From assembly GCF_009914755.1 (NCBI RefSeq), contig NC_060947.1: DNA of 64,000 nucleotides. One strand, 5' to 3'. Positions 14,701 through 27,081 of this stretch are shown here, in pieces. The notes under the pieces were generated by a model. The model saw nothing but the letters and a program-made list of their open reading frames with translations. It had not been told where the DNA came from and searched no databases. Position 1 is the stretch's first letter, and each line of letters opens with the position of its first letter. Origin of the DNA: the human T2T-CHM13v2.0 reference genome, Homo sapiens. A program made the position numbers and the translations under genes.

Positions 14701-15330
14701 CATCATTGTTCTCTGAGTCTCTATTTATAATTAACCACACCTGTATATAGGTTTAGGTTATGTCCTGAGCTGCTCACACTGCCATAAGGTAGAGTTTGAA
14801 CATGAGTACTGACTGTGTGTGAGGAAGACCAGTGAGCATGGTAGAAGTACTGCTGCCCAAAGTTAAGCAAATAGGTAAGTGCCATAACCCAAAACACTAA
14901 GATCCTGTGAAGGATTATATAAAACACAACAAGGGGACAGTGGGACAGGGAGATGGGGTACAGGGAAAGTGGTAGGCCAACTTCTCTGTTTGTTGTCCCC
15001 TGAGTGGGAAAGACACATTCTGTCTTCGAGATGAGATTTAATTCAATGTAAGACACACAGCAAAACAAAGGTAAGGTGAGTGAAAATGGGCTTACATTTA
15101 AAATTAGATATCGGTAAGGATTTAGCATTAGAAAAACAGGGAGTGGATTATCTAAAGACTTTTAAAAAAAGACTCAAAAGTGTGTAGTCTAAGAAGTTAA
15201 AATGATACATTTAAGATTCAAAATTCAACTCTAAGGACTTAGGGACTGATAGTACAACCCAAAAACTTCAAAAAGTGAAACATAAGGAGAATCTGTTTTT
15301 CTTGTTGCTACATGCTTTTATTTTCTTCTC

Positions 15331-15557
15331 CAATCTGTGGTTCTCAATGGTGGGAGATTTTGCCTCCCATGAGACATCTGGCAATGTCTAAAGACATTTT
15401 CAGTTGTCACAACTGCGGGGATGCTATTGTTATTTACTGGGTAGAGGCCTCGGATGCCTAGAACGTTTAGTAATTCTACAATGCACAAGGCCGACTCCCA
15501 CAACAGAGAATTATCCAGGCTAGACTGTCAACAGTGCCAAGGTTGAGGGAAATCCTG
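15331..15557. mobile_element. MER20 hAT-Charlie element
   Basis: 'tggttctcaa...gacatctggcaatgtctaaagacattttcagttgtcac...gtgccaaggttgag'. Confidence 0.85.
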
Positions 15558-15559
15558 CT

Positions 15560-15560
<1 letters not shown>

Positions 15561-15594
<34 letters not shown>
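15561..15594. repeat. (CA)17 microsatellite ((UG)17 in TAB3 pre-mRNA)
   Basis: Directly counted. Confidence 0.97.
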
Positions 15595-15595
<1 letters not shown>

Positions 15596-15688
15596 GAAAA
15601 CATACCTGGGTTCTAATTACATCACACATCACCAGCTCTAATAGGAAAAACTAGAACTTAATATCACTATCACTGGTAGGTAACTTAC

Positions 15689-15790
15689 CTGTAACATGCA
15701 CTGAGACACCACGCCCTCTGGAATTTCAGGGAAACGTTGTCGAAGATCATGGAGAACCTGAATATCAAGCTGTGGGCTGCTTTGCGCCAT
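15689..15790 (-). CDS. TAB3: TAB3 first coding segment, [34 protein letters not shown] (N-terminal part of CUE ubiquitin-binding domain)
   Basis: ATG at 15790 in strong context GGCATGG. 34 codons including the CUE 'FP' motif (RFPEI). Donor CAG|GTAAGT, phase 0, joins NNNN of the large exon. Confidence 0.97.
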
Positions 15791-15880
15791 GCCAGAGCAA
15801 ATGGTGGCCAAGTTTCTCTTAGGAAATGGATGTTAACCGGCTTTCCAAAAGTAATGATCTTCTAGCACCACAGTCATTTT
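15791..15880 (-). other. TAB3: TAB3 5'UTR portion of the first coding exon (90 nt)
   Basis: Acceptor poly-T tract + AAATAG|AAAATG, with AG at 15882-15881. Confidence 0.85.
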
Positions 15881-16199
15881 CTATTTAAAAAAAAAAAAAA
15901 AGTATGGTTAAGTCTAGTTACATATTTTACTTTATTCCTATTGATCCTATACATCTCAGTAGTGGTGGCATCTCCTCTAAGGAGGCTTCCACTGACACTC
16001 CTTCTTAGTCCTGCTGCCTTGCCTCTCCCCTCCACAATGCTGCCAAAGCAGGCTGTGCTTACCCTCACAGAAACACTAAACACGCTATACTGAAACCATC
16101 TATGCACCTAAAGGTCTCACCTATTTAAAAAAAAAAAACAAAAAACAAAAACCTGAAGCCCCACCTGGAATATAGCTCATTATTAAAGACAGTGAGGAA

Positions 16200-17340
16200 G
16201 TACTCAAGAAGTGATGGGAACATATAAGGACCTGGAAGTCAACTTGAAGAGGTGCACTCACTGGCCACATTTGCAACAATTTGAATACCAAAATAATAAA
16301 AGACAGTAATGAGTTATAAACCTGTAGAAAAGAGGGAGCCGTGTGTCCGTATCAATGAAGATAGCTAAATACATACCTACAAAAATAGGGGAGAAGGGAA
16401 GTCCCTGCTTACAGTAAAATCCAATTGGTAAACATGCAGGAGTGCTGGAGCTGGAAGAAAAATCATTTTGCAGCCATCATAGTATAGACTACTTCAAGCA
16501 AGTATCATCAATGGATGCTAAATCTAGGGGAAAATCTGGATGAAGAGTAGGAAATACACACAGTTTTAAAAGTGTGTACCCAAAGCTTATTAGTTGCAAA
16601 GGGGAAAAATTTAATTATACAGTGGACAAATTGAACAACATCTTGACTGGGTGATCAAAATGATGAACATCACCAATGAGGGCCAGATGGACTGCACAGG
16701 CCTCCAGATGTGACACCATGAGAAAAACACATCATTTTATAGTATTACAGTCAGAAATGCATAACCTGAAACTAATCATGAGGAAATAGAACATTTCTCA
16801 TTTTGGGCTTTTCTATTAAAAAGCGAAGGGGAAAGGAAATGTCATTTTAAGACAAAGGTTTGAAAAATGTCCCAGGTTAAAAAAGAGAGAGCCATGACAA
16901 CTAAATCTTTTACCTGATCCTGATCCTATACTAAAAGGGAAAACTGTTAATAAAATAAATGAGTGGATCCACTGACCAAAGTGAAATGTTGATGGTAGAT
17001 TAGAAGTATTCTATCAATGTTAAATGTATTGAATTTCCTGTTTTCTGAATTGATAACTGTGCTGTGGTTACATAAGAGAATATTCCTATTTTTCGGTATT
17101 AGACAATGAAGCATTCAGTGGTAAAGGGCATGCAACTTACTCTCAAACAGTTCAGAAAAAAATATATGTACATGTGTACATACAAACATGTGTACATGCA
17201 CACATGCATGTGTGCACAGACAACTATAAAGCAAATAGGAAAATGTTAATAGGTAAATTTAGGTAAAGGTTATGCGGTGTTCTTTCTCCTATTTTTAGTC
17301 AGTTTAAAATTATTTCCAAATAAAAAGTAAAAATGACAAC
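16200..17340 (+). mobile_element. Old L1 (L1M-type) 3' end fragment
   Basis: L1MC/ME-like 3'UTR phrases ('gcctccagatgtg', 'tatcaatgttaaa', 'caacttactctcaaa', 'tttccaaataaaaag'). Confidence 0.65.
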
Positions 17341-17920
17341 AAAAACCAGCTAACCAAACAAAAGCCTGTAGCTCTACTCAAGATCTGTGCCTTGTTCACC
17401 ACTGTATTTACAGAGCCCAACTACTCAAGTATCTGTTAAATGATGAATCAATTTCACTATACTAAACCAGTCTACCTAATAAGATAGATTTGGATAAAAC
17501 ACTATTCATATTCAAAGAAAAATATATAGACAAGCCTTTTAGATGACTCTTGTCCCCCCATCTCCTGCCATCCCCCCACCCAGCAAATGTCAGGGGAGTG
17601 GAGTCACCTATATAGGGCAATTTGTGAACACATAGGGAAAAAAATTGGTTTACGCTTCTAAATCAATGGGTATATTTTTCCAGTTTGTCCCTTTTGAAAA
17701 CTCCAAATCTGAAATACTAAGAGATGCTACCAGATTAACAATCCAGGATTTAATTTAAAATGTAAATTATTTCAAAGTCCTTAGTGTTAATTTAACTTTT
17801 TTCTGAATGGGGTTTGAATTATCTATCTTCCATTTTCACAGTAAAGCAATTTATAATTTCCACTGGCCAAAGGAGTCCTAGCTAGATGTATAATCCTACC
17901 AAGTCACTGAAGCTCTAAGG

Positions 17921-18207
17921 CAGCATTGTCCAGTAAAAAATATGTGAGTCATATGTATAATTTTAAATGTTCTAGTGGCCAACTTAAAAAGAAACAGGTG
18001 AAATTAATTGTAACATTTAACCCATGTCAAAAGTATTGTTTTAAATGTAATCTACATAAAATCAGTTATTTTATATATATTTTTCAAATGATATCTTTGA
18101 AATCCAGTGTATATTTTATACTTACAGCACATCTTAATTCACACTGGTCCCATTTCCAGTGCTCAGTAGCCACCTGTAGTTAGTGGCTACTTTACTGGAC
18201 AGTGCAG
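17921..18207. mobile_element. MER33-like hAT MITE with perfect 8-bp TSD
   Basis: TIRs cagcattgtccagta / tactggacagtgcag. TSD CTCTAAGG at 17913-17920 and 18208-18215. Confidence 0.88.
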
Positions 18208-19598
18208 CTCTAAGGCTTTAGGATCTTCATTTAAATAATAGGCGACTACCTACAACTCTTAGATTCCTTAATTCAACATCTCCTTTGAGGGTATACAATC
18301 GAGTAGGCACATGGCCTAGCACAGGCTAGCTGTTCAATAAATATTTATTAGGAGAAATGGGGAGAAAAAAGGAATTCACTGAATTTAATGGTAGGGATGA
18401 CCTTAACTAATCAAATCGGCTTGTATTTACAGAAATAACAGTTTTCCTAACAGGAAGTGATCCCAGTATTTTAGGTGCTAAACCACATTCAGAACACTTC
18501 ATGGCTATTTAATCAAACCTTCAATAAAGAGCTTCTGAAGCAGCCAAAGGCCTAACTCCAGCTTTCCCAATGGCTCCCAAAAACGGTTTTATTCATTTTC
18601 CAACCTTAATTACAAGCCTTTAAAATACAAGGGCAATACCATTGTCTTTTTTATGAGCTAGAAGAAAAGGCAAGAAGAATCAAAACACGGACAGACAGGC
18701 TTCAGGTGTCAAAAGCATAGGCTCCATATACTTCAGAGATCTTGAGAGCGGCCAGCTCTCACCTAGCTTTGTCAGAGCCTTCAGAAACCTCAGATGCTAC
18801 TGAATCCAAGGTTACCATTATTTTTATCACTATAATTAGCTACCATTTACTGGTAGCTAATAATATGCCCTCAAAGGTAGTTATGATTATCTCCATTTTA
18901 CAAATAAGAAAATGAACTCAAAGAATGAACATATGGCAGAATCATGACTCAAATCCACGCCTGCCTGCTCCAAAGTCTGTGTTCTTTCCACTGTGTCACT
19001 AGTAGGTATCAGAGACATTTCTAATGATGAGTGCCTTTCTTTGACTGGCTAAGGAGCAAACCCTCATTAAGTTTATCATTCACATAGGGAGCTAAAGGTG
19101 TGTGGTGAGGTGGAAGACTGAGAGGGAAGGAAAAAATAATTCTTGTACAAATAAGTTAGCTGTTTAAACACACAAGAAGAAAATGCCTTTTTAAAAAATG
19201 GTTATAAATACTTTCCTTTGAAGAAACATGTTAAAGCATCTTTCAAATGGAAGCCAACAGCTTACAAAAATGGCTACCATCTGAAAAGATGATTAATAGT
19301 AGACTGACTTTTCACAACAAATAGGAATCTAAACTGGTAAACACATATCCTTCTTAAGGGATTATGTATGTAATCTTAATAGTGGTTAGCACTCTGCCCT
19401 GTACAAACATTCACTCACATCAGCGCTAACTGACATGAATAATCATTTAGTATTTCACAGTAATATATAACACTCTCAAACTTAATGTTTTGATAACTAT
19501 ATCATGTTAAAATACTTTAAAAAAGCAACTTCCATTTTGTTCACTGGGAGGCTTTCTGTTTACAAACAGAAAATATTCCAGCCAATAAATTAAGTCAA

Positions 19599-20007
19599 TG
19601 ATACAGTTTGGATGTTTGTCCCCTCCAAATCTCATGTTGAAATGTGATTCCCAATGTTGGAGTTGGGGCCTGATGGGAGGTGACTGGATGATAGGGGCAG
19701 AGCCCTTGTAAATGGTTAAGCACCATCCTAGGTGAGTCCTTGTTCCATTCACTCAAGATCTGATTGTTTAAAACTCTAGGACCTCTCCCTCACCCGCCTT
19801 GCTCCCGCTTTTGCCATATTACATGCCTGCTCTTGCTTCACCATCTGCCATGATTGTAAGCTTCCTGAGGCTCTCACCAGAAGCTGGGCAGATATTGGTG
19901 CCATGCTTATGCAGCCTGTAGAATCCTGAGCCAATTAAACCTCTTTTCTTTATAAATTACCCTGCCTCAGGTGTTTCTTTACAGTGACATAAGAATGGCC
20001 TAATATA
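19599..20007 (+). mobile_element. MST-type (MaLR) solo LTR
   Basis: Starts tgatacagtttggatgtttgtcccctccaaatctcatg and ends aatggcctaatata. TSD gtcaa/gtcag. Confidence 0.88.
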
Positions 20008-20920
20008 GTCAGTTTCCTTTAAAAACACAAAGTTTTACAGTAAAGTATTATGCTGTACTTTTGTATTTAATCCAATAGAAACAAAATGAAAACACTGTCA
20101 TATAGTGTCATATTATAGATGTGGCTACCATGCAGATCAAAGCATATAATCTATTCTTGTCCAAATATATCAATGTAGGCAACAACTACTAAGCAAAATA
20201 CACATTGAGTTTGTTTCTTAACATTATAATGGGCTATTTTTTATACAATAAGTGCTGAATGATGATTTGTCACTTTAAAGCCAGACAGAGGACTCAAGCA
20301 GTATCTAAGCTGTACAGGCTAGGCTCAGGCATGACCAAACTCCTGGGACACCCTTGAAACACCCCCACTAAAGTCCAGATGGCCACAGCTGTGGATTGTG
20401 GAGCTGTGTAGGCGGTAACCCTAGATCAAGAAAGAAGAAACACTAAAGACATAAACCCTATGATCATCACACAGTTCAGGGGCCACATGAACCAAGAGAT
20501 TCTGCAGAGTTTTAAGCCTTTATTGCATGTCAGCTTTGTGAGGATTCTTTTCTTAAAGGCAAGACAGACTATGGGGCCCAGATGCTATGCTTAGCAGTGG
20601 AATCAGAGGCTTCCTTCAGTGGTGCAGCCACCTCCCTAATTCAAGACTGCTGGTAACACAAGGCACAGTGGTTTCTGTTCCTGAAAAATCAATTGCTAGG
20701 ATGTCTCCCAACAGAATTGCTCCTCCCAATCAGAGAGGAAGCTCCCCCAGAGCTCTGCTCTAATGCCACAATTCCCCACACTCTAGAAAATGATGTCGAC
20801 ATCTAGTGCTTTGTTTCCACAGTTTTTCCTGAGCTCAGCAAATAAACAGGGTGGTGCCATTATGGCCCAGAGTGTTTTACCTCTGTCAGAATTTTAGGTC
20901 ACTTCCTGAAACAGTTATAT

Positions 20921-21249
20921 CAGAGGTTGCAAACCAATGGTCTGTGGAATGAATTCAGCCCACAGATCTGCCTGGTTTGGCCATCACAGTGTGTGTGTGT
21001 GTGTGTGTGTTTTTTAAAGTTGAGCTACATTTAAAACTGGGAGACATCACATAAAAATGTACATATCTAGCTTTTCTCTGAAAAATCACGTGATCTAGCA
21101 ACTGCAGGCAACAACTGGCTGAAACTAAGGCACCACTCCCCTTTTAGGAAGGACAGTTTGCCTAGTTCCTATACTCCGTAGCTGATTCCAAACACTGCAG
21201 CCTGGCCTTGCTTCACTCATCTAGATACCTGCTGGGTTTGTGACACCTG
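20921..21249. mobile_element. MER102-like hAT element with internal (TG)n
   Basis: Ends cagaggttgcaaac ... gtttgtgacacctg; internal 'atcacataaaaat'. Confidence 0.65.
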
Positions 21250-22519
21250 AAATGTGTTCTGCAGAAAGGTTTAAAGATACAATGGTAAGTATCAGTGTAC
21301 TCTAGTGTGTCTCAACGGCATACTATTGATGCAATAATTTTGGAGCACAAGAATTCCTCGTCATGCAAGACTATCCCAGGCAATGAAAGGTATTTAGCAT
21401 TCTGGCCCCGCCCATAAAATCTCAGTAGCACCCCCAAGTGGCCTCTAGAGAGGCAATACTTTCTTGGGCTGACAGCCACTGCTAGCATATTAAGGTAATG
21501 AGGTGAGTGAGCATTTCCCAGGTTTGAAGAAAAGTTAGCCTTGTCTTGAGAGAACTTTTAGGATTGCAAAATAAAAGAATCATTAATTTTTCTGGTTGGT
21601 CTGGTCCAGTAATAATTGTTGAACAAAACACAGTATGTATATGAGTATAAAGCTTTCAAACTTTCATCTATTTTTTTGCTGCTTTGGAGGTTTTGATTTT
21701 AGATCATATTTACTGAGCCGTATCTGAGTATCAAGTACTGTGCTAAGTGCTTTACCTCATTTAATCCCTAAAATACTTCCATGAGAGAGGTAATATTATC
21801 ATCCACGTTTTACAAATAAGGAAACTTGAAGTTCAGAGAGGGCAAATAAATTGCCTGTGGTTACACAGTCAACCAGTAGCAAAGCTAGGATACAAATTTA
21901 AGGTTATGCTCTTAACCATTATTCTTCTGTACTACTGGCTACCTGGTAAGACTCTGATGATGTCATAACTCTTAACAACAGTTTAAAGCAAACCTTGCTT
22001 TTAAAACAGAAGAGTTTTTGTACTACAGTGTGAATTCTTCAAGTTAAACAGTAACAAAAAGTGGCTGATATTGAGGCATAACAAATGGTCTTTTACTGGC
22101 AGAGATAAGAGTTCCATTTTCAGGATTTTTCATGCATATATGTAAAGGTGCTACCAAATAACAAGGGGGAGAGGAATACGATAGTTATTATTTCCCCTAA
22201 ATAAGCCTTCTAAATAATTTATGAAACAGTCATCCTATAGGATTTTTATTACAGTAGAGACCATTTTGAAATAGTCACATATTCACTGCATCTATCTCAT
22301 ATTCTGTAAGTCTCAAGAGATATACTATGAGACTGAAATAATATTAAAATAATCCACAAAAACATTTTCAATTTAAATATGGCCTCCAGAAACGATAGAT
22401 TCATATTTAATTTAAACTTAACACCCCCCACAAAGAATATGTTAGCTGCCACATTAAAATTATACATAAAAATATTTATAAATATGCATAAATATATAGA
22501 CTATATACACGGAAATTTC

Positions 22520-23665
22520 AGCTGAGAGGACATAGAGGCAACAATACCCCAGTAGCAATGAGCACACCCAGCACCCAGTTCTTGATTTCTAATTGCATTC
22601 TCTCTTTAATAAAGGGAACCAAGGCCCTGTGGAGAAATGGATGATTCTAAAACTGGGGCAGGGAATATATAGGATGAGCCTGGAGCATCTTGTAGTACCA
22701 GAAAGTAAGGAAGTACTAAAAAATCAAAATCCCATGATGATGAGGGCATGTCGAAATGACACAGGAGCCAACTGAAGGAGCTCCCAATGGTCAAAGCTGG
22801 AAAAATTTGAACACCAAAATAAATAAAGTAGTATTATATTATGATCCAACGTATAAAATAAATAGCCATGAGCCCATACTGAGATAAAGAAATGACTGAA
22901 TAAATGAATGAATGATAAATGAGGGGTGGGGGGAGCCTCCCATGCAGAAAATCCCAAACAATTTACATAGATAATTCACCTCAAGGAGGTGGAGCATAAC
23001 CTCCCACCTCTTAAGTGTGGAATGCACATGGTGACTGCTTTCCAAAGAGCACAATACAGGAAAGGGGTGTTTAAAAAAAAAAAAAAAAAAAAAAAGATTA
23101 CAGTGAAGAAACCTGACAAACACGTTCTCAGCCAGGTGATCAAGGTCAACATCAACAGTGATAAGTCACGTTGATAGTATGGACTGTTTGTATGATGTGA
23201 TGAGAATGTGAGAATGGCACTTTACCTTTGTGGTCTTCCTCCTTAAAACCCATAACCCCATTCTACCCATGAGAAAACCATCTGACACATCCCAATTGAG
23301 TGATAGTCTACAAAATACCTGATCAGTACTCCTCAAGAACAAAAGTCTGAGAAACTGTCACAGCCAAGAGGAGTCTAAGGAGACATAACAACCAACTGTG
23401 ATGGGGTTTCCTGGATGGAATCCTGAAAGAGGAAAAAAAACATGTTCAGTAAAAGTTAAGGAAATCTGAATATAGACTTCAGTTAATAATCATGTTTCAA
23501 TATTGGTTCACTAATTGTAACAAACGTACCATGCTAATGTAAGCTGTTAATAATAGGGGAAACTGAGTGCAGGGTATATGGGGACTCCCTGTACCATCTT
23601 CTCAATTTTTCTGTAAAACTAAAACTGTTTTAAAAAATAGAGTTATTTAAAATTAGAAAAAAAAA
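22520..23665 (+). mobile_element. Old L1 (L1MC/MD-like) 3' end with A-rich tail
   Basis: Typical end 'gggaaactg...gggtatatggggactccctgtaccatcttctcaatttttctgtaaaactaaaactgtt' followed by an A-rich tail. Confidence 0.8.
23319..23422 (-). other. TAB3: Probable TAB3 non-coding 5'UTR exon (104 nt) inside an antisense L1 3' end
   Basis: Acceptor TTTTTTTTCCTCTTTCAG|GAT, donor CAG|GTATTT. Inferred from splice signals only. Confidence 0.65.
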
Positions 23666-23668
23666 TAC

Positions 23669-23753
23669 CTCAAGATGGTTTATCAACCCTGGCACAGAAA
23701 TTTTATTCACATCTCCAGCTCTGAAAGCAACTTCTTTTCAGTAGTCTAGAAAT
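23669..23753 (-). other. TAB3: Probable TAB3 non-coding 5'UTR exon (85 nt; alternative acceptor 8 nt downstream)
   Basis: Acceptor TCTTTTCGTTTTCTCAG|ATTTCTAG (second AG possible), donor GAG|GTATTT. Confidence 0.7.
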
Positions 23754-24121
23754 CTGAGAAAACGAAAAGATGGTTATCTTTTTGCTAACTTCCCAACTCA
23801 ATATGGAAAATAACAAAAAACTAGTAGACTTCTGGTGCCTCAAAGTAACAGCAGACAGGATGCTAGACCACACTTTCAGGGCAGGTTGGCTCTTTCCCAA
23901 GTATCCTTACAAACTGAATCTTCTTTTCTTTTAGGTCAGAAATATCTTCTACAGCAACTAAATTCTACATTATCCCACAGAAGAGAGCAGAAGTTCAAAA
24001 AGAAAAACAAGTCCACTGCTTATTTTCTTAAGTCAACACCTGGTTCTGACTTAGCATCCTGAGCCTCCATTCTATTTAGAAAAGAGAGGATTAAGCCCAG
24101 GCCTATGAAGCATGCATATAA

Positions 24122-24404
<283 letters not shown>

Positions 24405-24500
24405 TGATTTTTAATTGCATAGCACAAAGTGTGTATAACTTTTTGAAAAATGCTACCTCTATTATAAACCCTGTTTTCTGTTTAGTTCTGTTTAGTGAAA

Positions 24501-24550
24501 AGCTATATATATATATATATATATATATATAAGCTTTTATATATATATAG

Positions 24551-24588
<38 letters not shown>

Positions 24589-24763
24589 CTTTTATATATA
24601 TATAGCTTATATATATATATATATATATATAAGCTTTTATATATATATAGCTTATATATATATATATAGCTTATATATATATAGCTTATATATATATATA
24701 GCTTATATATATAGCTTATATATATATATAGCTTATATATATAGCTTATATATATATATAGCT

Positions 24764-24816
<53 letters not shown>

Positions 24817-24843
24817 TGGGGGGGAGAGACAGAGAGAGAGAGA
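24501..24843. repeat. Compound repeat: (TA)n blocks punctuated by AGCT/AAGCTT (24501-24783), then (GA)n
   Basis: Directly visible; about 14 AGCT interruptions. Confidence 0.97.
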
Positions 24844-25212
24844 ATTGTAACCTTATTCACTTATTTTGACAGATGAGCACTCTCTCTCCCCATTTAGAGA
24901 TTATCCGCATTCTCAGTAAACCTAGTAATTCAATGTTAATATTATCATTTTAGGGCATATATTGGCTTTTATCAGAGCTATCATACATACAAGTTTCTAA
25001 TTGATCTCCTGAGTCAACTTCATTTTACAACCACAGTAGAGCTAAAATAACATACCCTGTGTTTATATCATACATTTAATTTTGCAGTTTACCAAACTTT
25101 CTTATTTTTTAATTTCTCAGTTACTTTGATTATCCAAAAAAAAAAAAACTAACTTCAAGTATGAGCAAGAAGCACTGTGCACTGACATAAATGCTGTTTC
25201 TACCATGTGTAA

Positions 25213-25626
<414 letters not shown>

Positions 25627-26866
25627 TAAATGCCTATAAAAGTCACTGTGTGTTGATTATCACTTTCAGCACTTAGTATATTAACTTTTTATTCTCCTCT
25701 AGGATTTTTCACTATAAATCTTGAGAACAAGAATCAAACATGCTCTTTTGGCTACAGTGCCTTGTACACACTAAATATTCCATATAAATGACAAAACATA
25801 GGCCTTGAAAATAACTGGAAATCTAATTTGCTCTGGTCAAGGTGTTTTAAGGTCTTGGTTGCATCAATTCCTAAATGACGTTATTTTAAAAGAAAGATAG
25901 AACAACCTATTGGTGACATATGCCAGAAGCAGATCATCTGCACATTTTATTACTTAAAGAGATTACTTAGAACAGTGTTTTTCAAATGGTGGGTTTTGAT
26001 TTATTAATGTATTGTATAACAAATGTACTACGTGATGACTATAAGGGGAAAAGAAAAAGAAATAACAGAAAATATCGAAGTGTTTCACACACAGTAATGG
26101 CAAATACTCATTCAAAAAACTTGTTTCAGGTATGTGCGTATGTACTAGATCACGATTAAAATGTATTTCTTACTGTGGGTTTGAGAAATAGTGACTTCAA
26201 ATATGGTGATATATTTTAAGTTATACAAGGAAAAATATTACTACTTTCCTTGTTACCTTCTTCTAAATAGATGGAAGCTTGCTGATTAAGAAGCAAAATG
26301 GAAGTACTGGAGAAACCCTCTGGATATGACAGTTGAAATGACTTAACTCTTCACGTTATGAATTTCTGTGTGATTTCTCTCAAGTGCAGCCTAGATGTGT
26401 TCATGTAGCATCCTCACGTACCTATAGGAGGCTCCTGCCTTCTAATATATTTAAAAGATTTTTTTAAAAAATGAATAATCAGTCTCATTAACCCTGAAAT
26501 CCAAGATCACAACTATGGGAATTTCCTAGTGGAAGAGTTTGAAAGATTAACAGAAATGCTATTTATAATCATTAACTAAACAATTTCTAACCCATTGCCC
26601 ACTCATTTAATAAAATCTAAGCTTGGCGATACAGAAGACCCATGTCCTCGTAGTGAGAGAAACACTGGCAGTTATAATAGAGTGGGGTTGAGTTCTATAA
26701 TAAGTAGTCAGAAAAAGAAACAATGAAGGTAGAACAAAGAGAAGGAGAGCTGAGGAAAGCTTCAGGGAAGAGATGACATTTAAGCTGGATTACAAAAAAT
26801 AGGTTTTTTGTTTAAAATAAAAACAATAGAATTATAAAGCTGGAAGAAACTCCACATCATCTAACC

Positions 26867-27081
26867 CAGTAGTTCCCAACCAGGGGTGACTTTTCCCTGC
26901 AAGGGACATTTGGCAACGTCTGAAGATATTTTTGGTTGTCATACTGAGGAAAGGTGCCACTGACATCTGACAGGCAGAGTCCAGAGATGCTGCTAAACAT
27001 CCTACACTGCACAGGACAGCCCCTGACAACAGAAAATTATCCAGCCCAAGATGCCAATAGTGCCAAATCTGCGAAACCCTG
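26867..27081. mobile_element. MER20
   Basis: 'cagtagttcccaacc...gggacatttggcaacgtctgaagatatttttggttgtca...gaaaccctg'. Confidence 0.85.

Noticed and set aside
17197-17216. Perfect 20-bp palindrome TGCACACATGCATGTGTGCA
   Set aside because: Part of a decayed CA/TG low-complexity patch within an old L1, where such palindromes arise easily.
24501-24860. CRISPR-like array or 102-aa YI-repeat protein
   Set aside because: The 'spacers' are only (TA)n, the context is eukaryotic, and the ORF is a microsatellite translation.
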